From positions 64,001 to 128,000 of IMG/VR virus record IMGVR_UViG_3300032285_001029: a DNA stretch of 64,000 nucleotides, one strand, 5' to 3'. The DNA comes from a virus. The position numbers were made by a program, and so were the translations under genes. Below are positions 36,599-49,000 of the stretch, in pieces (positions within the stretch are counted from its first letter, which is position 1; every line of letters starts with the position of its first letter). The notes under the pieces were generated by a model. The model ran no database searches and was not told where the DNA came from. It saw only the letters and a program-made list of their open reading frames with translations.

Positions 36599-39500
36599 AT
36601 GACATCAACCTCAAGACAAAACAATCTATTAATTGCCCAAGATTGGACAAAGATTTATCAATCTTTCAGAAATGCTGATTTTCAAAGTTATGATTTTGAA
36701 AATCTTCGCCGCACAATGATCGATTATATTAGAACAAATTATCCAGAAGACTATAATGATTACATTGAAAGTTCGGAATATCTTGCCTTAATAGATTTGA
36801 TAGCGTTCTTAGGTCAAAGTATTAGTTATCGCATTGATTTAAATGCTCGAGATAATTTTTTAGAGTTATCTGAAAGACGAGATAGCATCTTAAGACTTGC
36901 TAGATTAGTTGCCTATAATGCACAACGCAATAATGCTGCTAGTGGACTACTAAAATTTACTAGTGTTCAGACTACTGAAGATGTGTTAGATTCTAGTGGT
37001 CGTAATTTAAGTAATCAAACTATTGCATGGAATGACTCGAGCAATACCAATTGGTATGATCAGTTTATCAGTGTAATGAACGCTGCATTTCCTACAACTC
37101 AAAAATTTGGAAATCCATCTGATAGTGCAAACATCTATGGGGTGCCAACGCAACAGTATAGATTTAATAGCAAGATAGCTGGTATCCCTGTATTCAACTT
37201 TAGTAAGGTAGTTTCTGGACAATCGATGAATTTTGAGATTACTAGTACAACCTTTAGTAGTCAAAATTATATTTACGAAGAATCGCCTAAGATTGGAAAT
37301 CCATTAGCATGTGTTTACAAAGACGACGGCAGGGGTGCCGGAAGTTCGTCAAACGGTTTCTTTCTACATTTCACACAGGGAACATTAAACCAAGGATCAT
37401 TTACAATTGATCAGCCAAATAGTCACGAATCGGTCGATATTGATACACCAAACATTAACAATACCGATGTATGGTTATATAGTGTGAACAAGACAGGTGT
37501 TGAAAGTGACTTATGGACTCAAGTTCCTGCCCTTCAAGGCAATAATATTATCTATAATAGTATTAATCAGCAGATAAAAAATATTTATGCGGTAATTACA
37601 CGAACTGGGGATACAGTCAGTTTGCAATTTAGTAATGGAATTTTTGGAAAACTTCCAGTTGGTACATTTAAAGTTTACTATAGAGTTAGTAATAATCTGG
37701 ATTATACTATAAATCCTGCCGACCTTAGCAATATAACAATATCGTTTCCTTATACTAGTGCTACGAATCAATCAGAAACATTAACAATTAATTTAAGCCT
37801 TTCAAACTCCGTTAGTAATGCATCAGCATCGGAATCCAATGCCAGTATCCAAGCTAATGCTCCACAAAGTTATTATACACAAAATAGAATGATTACAGCA
37901 GAGGACTATAATATAAGTCCTTTGTCGGCCAGTACACAGGTTTTAAAAATACAAGCAGTTAATCGAGTTAGTAGCGGTATAAGCAGATATTTTGATTTAA
38001 TTGATCCTAGTGGTCAATACAGTTCCACCACTTTATTCGGTAGCGATGGTATAGTTTATACAGAAAAATATCTGACTAAGTTATTATTCACGTATCTTAC
38101 AAAAGTAGATATTCAAGGTACAATATACAATGATATCTTTACTATATTAAAAGATTCTAACTTAAGGAATTTTTATTATGGAAACTATCAAGTTTCGTTA
38201 ACCGCAAGTTTAAACATTGCCTGGTATCAAAAAACTGCAGATAGAACAATGTCAACAGGTTATATAGGCGGCACTACTAATAGTATTCCAATCAAAGTAG
38301 GCGATTTTACTGCAACTAATCTTCAGTATCTTCAAGTTGGTGCGTTAGTTCAATTTACTGCACCGACTGGCTACTACTTTGACACAACTAATTATAATAT
38401 TATTACAGCAGGTACGGCTACAGTGACTGGTGCAGTTCAGTCTATTTGGGCTGAATGTATAAATTTAACAGATGATGGCACAGCGTCGGGTACTGGATTA
38501 TTATCTACAGGATTCGGTCCGATTGGTTTCAACAAAGAAATCCCAACAGGTGCCATTGTAACTGAGATTATTCCTACATGGAATACTACTATTGGTTCGT
38601 CAATAATTACAAAGATGGTCGATTTAATTTTTTCAAATCAACCATTTGGTCTTACGTACAATTCTTTAACACGAGCTTGGCAAATTATTTACGAAACTAA
38701 TCTAAATGCTGCATCGTTGTTTTCTTTATCTAAACAAGGCGATACAACTAATACGCAAACAGATGCTAGCTGGCTATTATTGTTTACTACAGATAATGTG
38801 ACATATACAGTAAGTTCGCGTCAGCAACGATACGTTTTTGAAAGTTCTAAGCAGATAAGTTTTTACTTTGATAATAGTAAAAAAATCTATGATTCTACAA
38901 ATAATACAGTAGTAAAGGATCAAATTACAGTACTCAGCATCAATAATCAACCAAGTAGTTTAACTCCATTTACTATAGATAAAAAATGGGATATAGTTGA
39001 TTCTTATTTAGGTCTCGATGGCTTTAAAGATAATAGTAAACTTGTAGTGTCGTTTGCTGAAAATGAAACAAACGGTTCTACAGATAATCCTGATTCATTT
39101 AGAGATATTGTATATAGTAATTCTGTACCATCCTATATTGTTCAAGAACGGTATACAATTACAGAAGGCCAAGAAGATTATAGATATGTAAAAAATGATG
39201 GTATTGTGAAGATTTTTCTTTCACAAAGCTATGTTGGGGAACTATCTCAGTATACAGATGGCCAGTATTTTTATTTTATCGATACTGATACGGTGAAGAA
39301 ATTTAATGCAATATCGTCAACTTTTTTAGTAAGTTTAGATTATAAGGTCTATGCAGGAAGAGACGACTTAAAGTTTCAATATGTACATAATGCAGATTAT
39401 GAATCTCGCGTAGATCCTGGATCAAGCAATATAGTTGACATATATGTATTAACAAAGAGCTATGACACTTACTATAGACAATGGATATCAGGTGCAATAA

Positions 39501-40045
39501 ATTCAGAACCGTTGCCTCCTAGCAGTGCTGAATTGTTTGATTTATTGGATCCAAAATTAAATCTAGTTAAGTCTATCAGTGACGAGATAGTCTATCATCC
39601 GGTAAAATATACACCTTTGTTTGGCACCAATGCCGATCCTTCTTTACAAGCAATGTTTCAAGTAATTAAGACCCCGGGTCAAGTTATTTCGGATAATGAT
39701 GTACAAACACGAGTTATTTCGGCAATTAATCAGTTTTTTGCACTTGAAAATTGGAACTTTGGCGACACATTTTATTTTACAGAGTTATCGACTTATGTAA
39801 TGAATCAGCTAACTCCTTATATTTCAACATTTTTGATTGTACCTAAACAAGGAACTCAAAATTTTGGTAGTTTATTTGAAATTAGTAGCACTAGCAATCA
39901 GCTATTCATAAGCACAGCTACAGTGGAAGATGTTGTTATTATTTCAGGAGTGACTGCTACGTCTATCAAAGCTATTCCAGGCACGATCGTATCGTCAAAT
40001 ATTGCATCTAGTCAAGTTTTAACAAGTTCAACATACGGAATTTAA
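36599..40045 (+). CDS. gp6: Baseplate wedge subunit gp6-like (1148 aa)
   Basis: DFENLR..MI.Y...DY..SSE...LID.IA...D....FL..A/S.RR.S..LA; F..G.FG..P; TQNRMITAEDY. Confidence 0.88.
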   Translation: MTSTSRQNNLLIAQDWTKIYQSFRNADFQSYDFENLRRTMIDYIRTNYPEDYNDYIESSEYLALIDLIAFLGQSISYRIDLNARDNFLELSERRDSILRLARLVAYNAQRNNAASGLLKFTSVQTTEDVLDSSGRNLSNQTIAWNDSSNTNWYDQFISVMNAAFPTTQKFGNPSDSANIYGVPTQQYRFNSKIAGIPVFNFSKVVSGQSMNFEITSTTFSSQNYIYEESPKIGNPLACVYKDDGRGAGSSSNGFFLHFTQGTLNQGSFTIDQPNSHESVDIDTPNINNTDVWLYSVNKTGVESDLWTQVPALQGNNIIYNSINQQIKNIYAVITRTGDTVSLQFSNGIFGKLPVGTFKVYYRVSNNLDYTINPADLSNITISFPYTSATNQSETLTINLSLSNSVSNASASESNASIQANAPQSYYTQNRMITAEDYNISPLSASTQVLKIQAVNRVSSGISRYFDLIDPSGQYSSTTLFGSDGIVYTEKYLTKLLFTYLTKVDIQGTIYNDIFTILKDSNLRNFYYGNYQVSLTASLNIAWYQKTADRTMSTGYIGGTTNSIPIKVGDFTATNLQYLQVGALVQFTAPTGYYFDTTNYNIITAGTATVTGAVQSIWAECINLTDDGTASGTGLLSTGFGPIGFNKEIPTGAIVTEIIPTWNTTIGSSIITKMVDLIFSNQPFGLTYNSLTRAWQIIYETNLNAASLFSLSKQGDTTNTQTDASWLLLFTTDNVTYTVSSRQQRYVFESSKQISFYFDNSKKIYDSTNNTVVKDQITVLSINNQPSSLTPFTIDKKWDIVDSYLGLDGFKDNSKLVVSFAENETNGSTDNPDSFRDIVYSNSVPSYIVQERYTITEGQEDYRYVKNDGIVKIFLSQSYVGELSQYTDGQYFYFIDTDTVKKFNAISSTFLVSLDYKVYAGRDDLKFQYVHNADYESRVDPGSSNIVDIYVLTKSYDTYYRQWISGAINSEPLPPSSAELFDLLDPKLNLVKSISDEIVYHPVKYTPLFGTNADPSLQAMFQVIKTPGQVISDNDVQTRVISAINQFFALENWNFGDTFYFTELSTYVMNQLTPYISTFLIVPKQGTQNFGSLFEISSTSNQLFISTATVEDVVIISGVTATSIKAIPGTIVSSNIASSQVLTSSTYGI

Positions 40046-40048
40046 TAC

Positions 40049-43000
40049 ATGGCATCTCAAAAAAACAACAATGGATTAACATCCAAACTAATTCCTAACA
40101 TTTATCAATCCGATGCTAACAAGAAGTTTTTACAAGCAACTCTTGATCAGTTAGTACAACCAGGAACTATAAAAAAAGTTAATGGATATGCAGGAAGAAA
40201 GAATGCTAAGGCTAGTGTAGGGGATGACATTTATATAAATGCAGCCGGTACTACTCGACAAAATTATCAACTCGAACCAGGATTTACAGTTCAAGATGAG
40301 CTAGGAAATTATACATTTTTTAAAGATTATCAAGATTATATAAATGATCTTTATGTGTTAGGCAGTAATACTAAAAATCATAGTCGGCTGAATAAACAAG
40401 AATTTTACAGTTGGAATCCCCATATTGATTGGGATAAATTTTCTAATTTTCAACAGTACTATTGGTTACCTTACGGTCCCGACACAATTACAGTATTCGG
40501 TCAACAGTCAGCGATTCAAAGCACAATTAAAGTCAGTATAGAAAATGAAGGTACAAATTTCCAGTGGATGTTTTCTTCTGATGCATTAGTTCCTAACCCT
40601 ACAATTAAACTTTATCGAGGCCAAACTTATGTGTTTGAAATCGATAGCATTGGTAATCCTTTTACTATTGCAACAGTTCGTAGTAATGATGTTGAATATT
40701 TGTATCAAACTCCGGGCCTTGATGGAAATAAAGTTTTTCAAGGAACGATTACTTTTACAGTACCTGCTGATGCACCTAGTTTGCTTTATTATTTTAGTGA
40801 TACAGATTTAGATGCCAGTGGAGTTTTTGAAATTCTTTCTATTGAAGAAAACACATATCTTGATGTTGAAAAGGATCTGTTAGGCAAAACATCATACACA
40901 TTACCTAACGGAGTTACGTTAAGCAATGGCATGAAAATTAAGTTTATAGGTAACATAACACCTGAAACTTATTCTAAAGGGCAATACTATGTTGAAGGTG
41001 TTGGTACAGGAATCGTATTAACTGAAGAATCATCACTAGAAATAATTGCACCTTATACTACTGATACTACTATTTTATTTGATTCTGATCTGTTCGACTC
41101 TTTGCCTTTTAGTAGTGCTAGCTCATATGCAGGAACCTTAGATTATATTACTATTAATAGAAGTAGTCAAGATAAGAATCCATGGAGTCGATACAATCGT
41201 TGGTTCCATAAAGATGTTATTGAAGTAAGCGCAGCATTAAATGGCAATGTTCCAAGCTTAGATCAGACTGCTCGTGCTGTTAGACCTATTATCGAATTCG
41301 AATCAAATTTACAACTTTATAATTTTGGAAATAAGTCGGTCGTTGATGTTGACGTTATTGATAATTTTACTACTGATGCATTTTCTATTATAGAAGGTAG
41401 CTTGGGATACAATATTGATGGTGTAGATTTAGTTCAAGGATATTTGGTAATTTTTACTGCAGATCCAGATCCGTTTGTTAAAGATAATGTATATGAAGTG
41501 CAGTTTGTTTCGGTCAATGGTGTTCAACAAATACATCTAGCGTTACATTCAACGCCATCTGAGAATGATTCTGTAATTGTAAAAAGCGGAATAAAGAATC
41601 AATCGATCACTTATTGGTACAATGGTACAGACTGGATTTATGCACAACAAAAGACTAAAGCAAATCAACAGCCTTTATTTGATATTTTCAATTCCGATGG
41701 AATTAGTTTTTCGGATACAACAATATATACAGGATCTACGTTTAAAGGATCTGCAGTATTTTCTTATGCAGTGGGCTCGAGCTCAAATGATCCTAGTTTA
41801 GGATTTCCTTTATTATATAAAAATATAAACAATATCGGAGACATTGTCTTCAACTTTAATCTAGTTTCTGACACATTTGTGTATAAACTAAGCGGTGATA
41901 TAGTTACAGTTGATATTAGTATTGGTTATTTAAAACAGATACAAACAACAGCTTCTGTGTTTGTAAATGGATGGATAACAAATAGTGTTACAATGACACA
42001 GGGTGCTGTAAGAATCTACAAAAATTCAGAAATTACAAATAACTTCGATATCGACATTTTTGATAATATTAACGATCTTGATGACTTAGTAGTCAAAGTT
42101 TATGTTAATGGTATTAGATTAGAAAGCACTGAATGGTCAATAAGCGACGGTGTAATTTACAAATATGTAGAACTATTAACTGACGTAACAACCGCCGATG
42201 TATTAACAATTAAAGCGTATGCAGCACAACCTATCAACAAGAATGGATTCTATGAAATCCCATTGAACTTACAAAATAATCCCCTGAACAATGAGATTAC
42301 TACTTTTACACTAGGTGAAGTTTTAGATCATGTAGAGTCGATCGTAGAAAATGTACCAAATTTTTCAGGATCATATCCTGGTTTCGGTAATTTACGAGAT
42401 TTAGGACAGATTAGTAAGTATGGAACTAAATTTGTTCAACACAGTGGTCCTGCAAGTCTATCTTTATATCATATCACTAATAAAACTAATAATGTAATTA
42501 GAGCTATAGAAAAATCTCGTAATGACTATGTTGCCTTTAAAAGAGCGTTTATTAATGCTGCTACTGGGTTATCAGAGGATTTATCGGTTGTTGAATCAGT
42601 CGATTATATTTTAAGAAAAATTAACGAGAATAAACCTAAGACCGGACCATATTATTTCAGTGACATGGTGCCTTATGGTGCAGCTATTGTAAGTGATATT
42701 CCTGTTCTAGATTACAGAATTAAAACGTATCCATTAACCGATCCATTTAGCTTAGATGTATTGTCTTATAAATCAGTATTAATATATCGAAATGGCACAC
42801 AGTTATTGTATAACACTGACTATATTTTTGATAGTGATAACTCAAATTTTATAATGTTAGATACATCTCCGTTAGCTAACGGTGACGTACTTACAACATA
42901 TGAGTATGATAGCACTAACGGATCGTTTGTTCCAGAGACTCCGACTAAGTTAGGATTTTGGCCAGCATACGAACCTAAAATACTCTTAGATAACACATTG

Positions 43001-46000
43001 TTGACTCCAAGAGAATTAATACAAGGACACGATGGTAGTCTCACATTAACGTACGGCGATTATAGAGACGATTTATTACTTGAATTAGAAAAGAGAATTT
43101 TTAATAACATCAAGATATCTTATAATACTGAAATTTTTGATGTTTATGATTTTATTCCTGGATATAATAGAACAACAGATTACAGTTTATCTGAATTTAA
43201 CAGTACGTTGTCGCCATATTTTTATGAATGGATCGGGCTAACTAATTCAGATTTTACAACACCATTTAGCTTCGATACATCAAATTCATTTACATATAAC
43301 TATGCAGGGCATTATGCCCCTAATGGGGAAGCAACACCTGGATTTTGGCGAGGGATCTATCGTTGGATGTTTGATACAGATCATCCTAATGAAACTCCTT
43401 GGGAGATGCTAGGATTTACAAGTGAGCCAACATGGTGGACATCTGTGTATGGTCCAGCACCCTATACCAGTAACAATTTAATTTTATGGAATGACTTGTC
43501 GGAAGGTATTGTTAGAGCACCTGGATCGACTACCTCGGTTCGTACAAAATTTATTCGTCCTATTTTGAAAACTAATATTCCAGTTGACGAAAACGGTGAA
43601 CTACTAAGTCCTTATAGTGCAGGTTTAGCATTAGGTACTATAACTGATGCTACTTCTGGAAGTTACGTGTTTGGCGATATAAGTCCAGTAGAAACAGCAT
43701 GGCGTAGAAGTAGTTATTATCCTTATACAGTATTGTTAGCGTCAACGTTATTGCAGCCTTCTAAAACTATAGGAATTTTTCTAGACAGATCACGTGTTAC
43801 TCGTAATCCAGCCGGACAATTAGTTTATGCAGACACAATGTTGCGAATTCAACCAAGTACGTTAGCTTTATCTAGTGTTTATTCATCATCAGTGAATGTA
43901 CAAACTGCAGGTTTAATTAATTTTATTGTCAACTATGTCTTAGATGATACTCTTGAATCGTATGCTGCTTATAAAACAGATTTAACAAATATAAATTGTC
44001 AGTTAAGTTATAGATTAGGAGCATTTACAAGTAAAGAAAAGTTTGATATTATACTTGATTCAAGAACTCCGCTAAGTGCAAGTAATAGTGTATTTGTACC
44101 TAAAGAAAACTATAATCTTCATCTTAATAAGTCTAGTCCGATTAACAGAATAATTTATAGTGGAGTTATTATAACCAGATTAGCAGATGGATTTGTAATT
44201 AATGGTTATAGTAAGGTACAACCTTATTTTAATTACTATTCATATTACGATACTGGAATAGTAGTTAACATTGGCGGTATATCTGAAAGTTATGTTAATT
44301 GGACAGCCGGAGAAAGTTATTATCCTGGCCAAGTTGTACAGTATAATAGGCAATTTTATAGAACGATTTCTTCTCAGATTTTAGTTACCTCATTTGATCC
44401 AACAGGATATGTTCTTTTAAAATCTCTCCCAATTAATGGCGGTGTTAATTCTAATTTTAGAAGTAAATGGAACAGAAAAGAATCGCTAGTACTTCCTTAC
44501 GGAACTAAACTAGAAAAAATACAAGATGTTGTTGACTTTTTATTAGGGCATGGTGAATATTTAAAAGATCAAGGATTTATTTTTGAAGACTTTAATCCAA
44601 ATCTTCCAGATATTTGTAATTGGGAAACTAGTGCTAAAGAATTTTTATTTTGGACAACACAAAATTGGTCTTCGGTGCAGGATAAATGGACCGAGTGGAC
44701 TCCTAATATTGACATAGAGTATAATGAAATAGTTCGATATAACGGAGAATATTATCAAGCTTTACAAAAAATACCAGCCACTTCATCGGTTCCAGTAAAC
44801 AACTTATCAGTTAGTGGCGAAGAAGGAGATTACAGATTATATGCCGACGATGTATTAGGTGTTTATATAGGAATGTTAGTTACTGGACCAGGTGTTGAAG
44901 CAGGTGCTCTAGTGCAATCTGTCACCGGTCATGGGCCATATGTCATTAATTTAACAGAGAATAATATTGGGACAGTAACACAGGCATCTTTTGTAGGATT
45001 TTTTAACACTAATCTGTATGAAAACTTACCAGGTTTAGACACAGTAGGAAGTGCGGTAATAAGTCTTAGTCCTGCAGCAGGACAAATTACCTTCCTTGCA
45101 GACTTAGCAGTAGTAGAGTCTGTAACGGATCCATTTAATAGTTATTCTATTTTTAAAGTGGACGGTACTCCTATTTCTCCTCAGTTCATAGACTCATATA
45201 GAAATGGCAATGTTGTAAGCTATCGAGCTAATAACAATGATGGCATATATGCCGCAACTTTTTACTTAATACAGCAAGAACAAATTTTGTTATTAGATAA
45301 TGTTACAATGTTTAATGACACAATTTATAATCCTGAAACAGGATACAGACAGGAAAGAATTAAGATCTCTGGATACGTAAGTTCTGAATGGTACGGTGGT
45401 TTTGATGTACCTGGATTTATTGTAGATCAAGCAATAGTTAAAAATTGGGAAGCCTGGCAAGATTATGCACTAGGAGATACAGTCCTTTATCAACAGTACT
45501 ACTATTCAGCTAATAGATTTGTCCCTGGTGTCGATGTCTTTAAGATAGCCGAACCCGATGGTGTAATTAATTGGATTAAATTATCAAGTGCTCCAGCATC
45601 TAAACTTATTCCTAACTGGTCGTATAAGGCTACACAATTTACAGATTTTTACAGTTTAGATAGTGACAATTTTGATGCAGATCAACAGTCGTTAGCACAG
45701 CATCTTATTGGTTATCAAAAACGTCAATATCTTGAAAATTTAATTCAAGATAGTGTAGGTGAATTTAAGTTTTATCAGGGAATGATTTATGATAAAGGCA
45801 CGCAGAATGCTTTTAATAAATTATTTGGTGTTTTAAATTCCGAGAATGCTGACAGTTTACAATTCTATGAAGAGTGGGCAATTCGTGTAGGTCAATATGG
45901 ATCTGCAGAAGGGTTTGAAGAAATAGAATTTGTTTTAGATGAAGAAGAATTTAATAAGCGTAATCCTCAAGGATTTGAGTTAGTGTCTAGATTAGATGAA

Positions 46001-49000
46001 GAGCATAGTGATTTTGTCAATCGACTAAGTCCTAACGAGATATATTTAAAACCTTTAAACTATTCCAGCAATCCTTGGCCGACGATATCTAACTATCGTC
46101 CTTACTTACGATCAGCCGGTTATGTACGTCCAGGCGAAGTTTCAGCATCGATTGCATCAATAGATAATATTATTGACATTGATATTGCTACATTAGTCGA
46201 CGGCGATTATATTTGGTGCGGATTTGAAGGCCCGAGTTGGAATGTTTATAGATTTACAAACACAAAAAATAAAGTAACAGAATTAACATATTCCTCTAAT
46301 AAACTTAATATTACCTTTAGTCATAATCACGAACTAAGAGCAGGCGATTATGTTGGTATACGTGAGTCTGGTGGATTTGATGGATTTTATAAAATCACAG
46401 ATATGAACCCTGTGACTATTATTATTTCAACTACATTAACTACAGCACCATTAGTCCCGTATGAAGGCTTAAATGATATAGTAATTTTTAGATTCAATTC
46501 TCAAAGAGCAAGTAGTATTGATACTGCTAATTCTTCGATACCGCAAGAAATTAAGAGCGGAGAGTTATTATGGACCGACGATAATGGATCAGGCATTTGG
46601 TCTACATGGCAAAATGATACAGTTTATGCAGACTCTGAAATTAAATTTAGTTTACCTAAAGCAGGATTAGGGTTTGGAAGAGAAATAGCAATTACTTCAG
46701 ATGGAAGTCTTGCTGCTATTTCGACTAAGACAGGACAAACATTCATTTATCATAAGTCTAGTCCTTCTTCGTCGTGGATACAACGAGACACTATCGATGC
46801 TCCGGAGATATCCAAGTCTGATGTATTTGGAAATAATTCTAATGAATTTGTACAACTGGCAGAAGTATTAGCTATGTCTCCTGATGGAGCATGGCTTGCT
46901 ATTGGATCACCGACTGCAAGTAATGCAGCTACTATACAAAAAACTTATTATAAGGCCGTAGATATTTTAGCAGGGACTAATTCAGGATTAGCTGGTCAGG
47001 GTGCAGTATCTTTATATAAGAAAGATGCAAATAACATTTTCACTCTAGTAGACACAATTTTAAGTCCATCCCCTACTGCAGGAGAACTATTTGGATCTAG
47101 TTTAGTATTCAAACAGACTACACAATCTAACAATTTTGTTAGTTATAATCTTTTAGTTGGCGCTAAGGGCTTTAATTCAGGAATCGGTCGAGTTTACGAA
47201 ATCAAATATCAGCAGTTAGTGCAAGCTACTGCATCTTATAATCCAAATGGCAGTAGTAATAATGGTATAGTAGGTATCAATGTAGATTCTCCTGGTAGCG
47301 GATTTTTAACTAATCCTATTGTGATTATTGCCGCTCCTACTGATTCGGGAGGTGTGCAAGCTACCGCTACATGTACAATTGGTGTTGCAAGTGCTAGACT
47401 TATTCAAGCAGGATCTGGCTACTTAGTAGGCGATTTATTAACAGTTACAGGTGGATCGTCAACGCAACCTGCAATTTTAAGAGTAACTGCTATTAACACA
47501 AACATTCAAAAAGGTAACATTGGTGCTGTTTTAGGAGTGTCTATAGTTAATGCTGGAAAGTATACAGTAGCTCCGACCTTAACAAACATTGTTACTGGTG
47601 GCACCGGAACAAATGTTCGATTTGCTATTGAAGTTGGAATATCTTCATTTACGGTTACAAATCCCGGCGGCGGATATATTGAAAAACCATTTGTAAGTTT
47701 TTCAGGAACAGGATCAGGAGCAGTTGCTACAACAGTATTAGGTAGTGTAGTGACCTTATCTTCAACATCGGGCATAGCACCAGGTATGAGTATAACTGGT
47801 ACAGGATTTACAAACAATCAAACTGTGACTTCGGTTGTAAATTCTACAGCTATAGTTATTTCTTCTGCAGCTTCCTCTATACCTTCGGGCAATTTAAATT
47901 TTTCAATAGTTCAATGGAATTATAACACTAGCAGTTATATTTCTGCTCCAAATGGTCAAAAAGCATTTGGTAGTAGTTTATCATCTGCAGTTTTGGGTAA
48001 TGTTTTAGCAGTTGGTGCTATTGGTGTGCCGTTTGACGGGACTTATAATTCGGAAGTAGTTGGTAGAGTTAATTTATATCAAAATAATGGAACAGCTTGG
48101 ACTTTGATTCAGTCTCCTATTGTAGGAGGCGAATACGGGTTTAGTAAAGGATTAAGTGTATCCGAAGATGGCATATGGGTTGCTATAGGATCTCCTTATA
48201 AGTTAAAAAAATATAGCAATCAAGGACAAGTAGATTTATATTATAATGATACTGGCACTTTTAATTTTTATCAAGAAGTAGAAAATATTAATCCTCAAGT
48301 TAATGGACTGTTCGGTGCCGGAGTAGCTTGGATGAACGGCAGCAATACTATGGTTGTTTATAGTCAGAACTCCGATATAGAAACTCTTGAAATATTTGAT
48401 TCTGGTAATACAATATTTGATGGAAATTCTACTAAATTTAAATCTATTGTTAGAAACAATGGACGTATAGATGTGTATGACAGGTATAATTTAAACTTTA
48501 TATATGGCGAGACATTAAGAGATCTTGCAGAATTAAACAGTGAATATGGTGATGGTTTTGCAGTTGGTTCAAACAATATTTTAATTGGAGCCCCATCTGC
48601 TACTGTTAATAATCTTATTGCTGGCAGAGTATTTGGTTACGGTAAAAAATCTAATGCATATAGTTGGACTATACTACATCATGAAATTCCTAAAGTCAAT
48701 TTAACTAAATTTAAACGTGCATTAATATACGATAAAACAAATAGCTCGTTAGTATCCTATATTGATATTATCGATCCAATGCAAGGAAAAATTCCTGGAC
48801 CAGCAGAACAAGAAATAAGATATAAGTCTTTCTATGATCCTGCAATATATTCGATAGGTAACGCAACAGTAAATGTTAGCGAAGGTCAAGCATGGACTGA
48901 TGCCCAAGTCGGACAACTATGGTGGGATTTACGAACTGCAAAATTTATTGATGCGCACGACAATGATGTAGTTTATAGAAACAATTCCTGGGCATTATTA

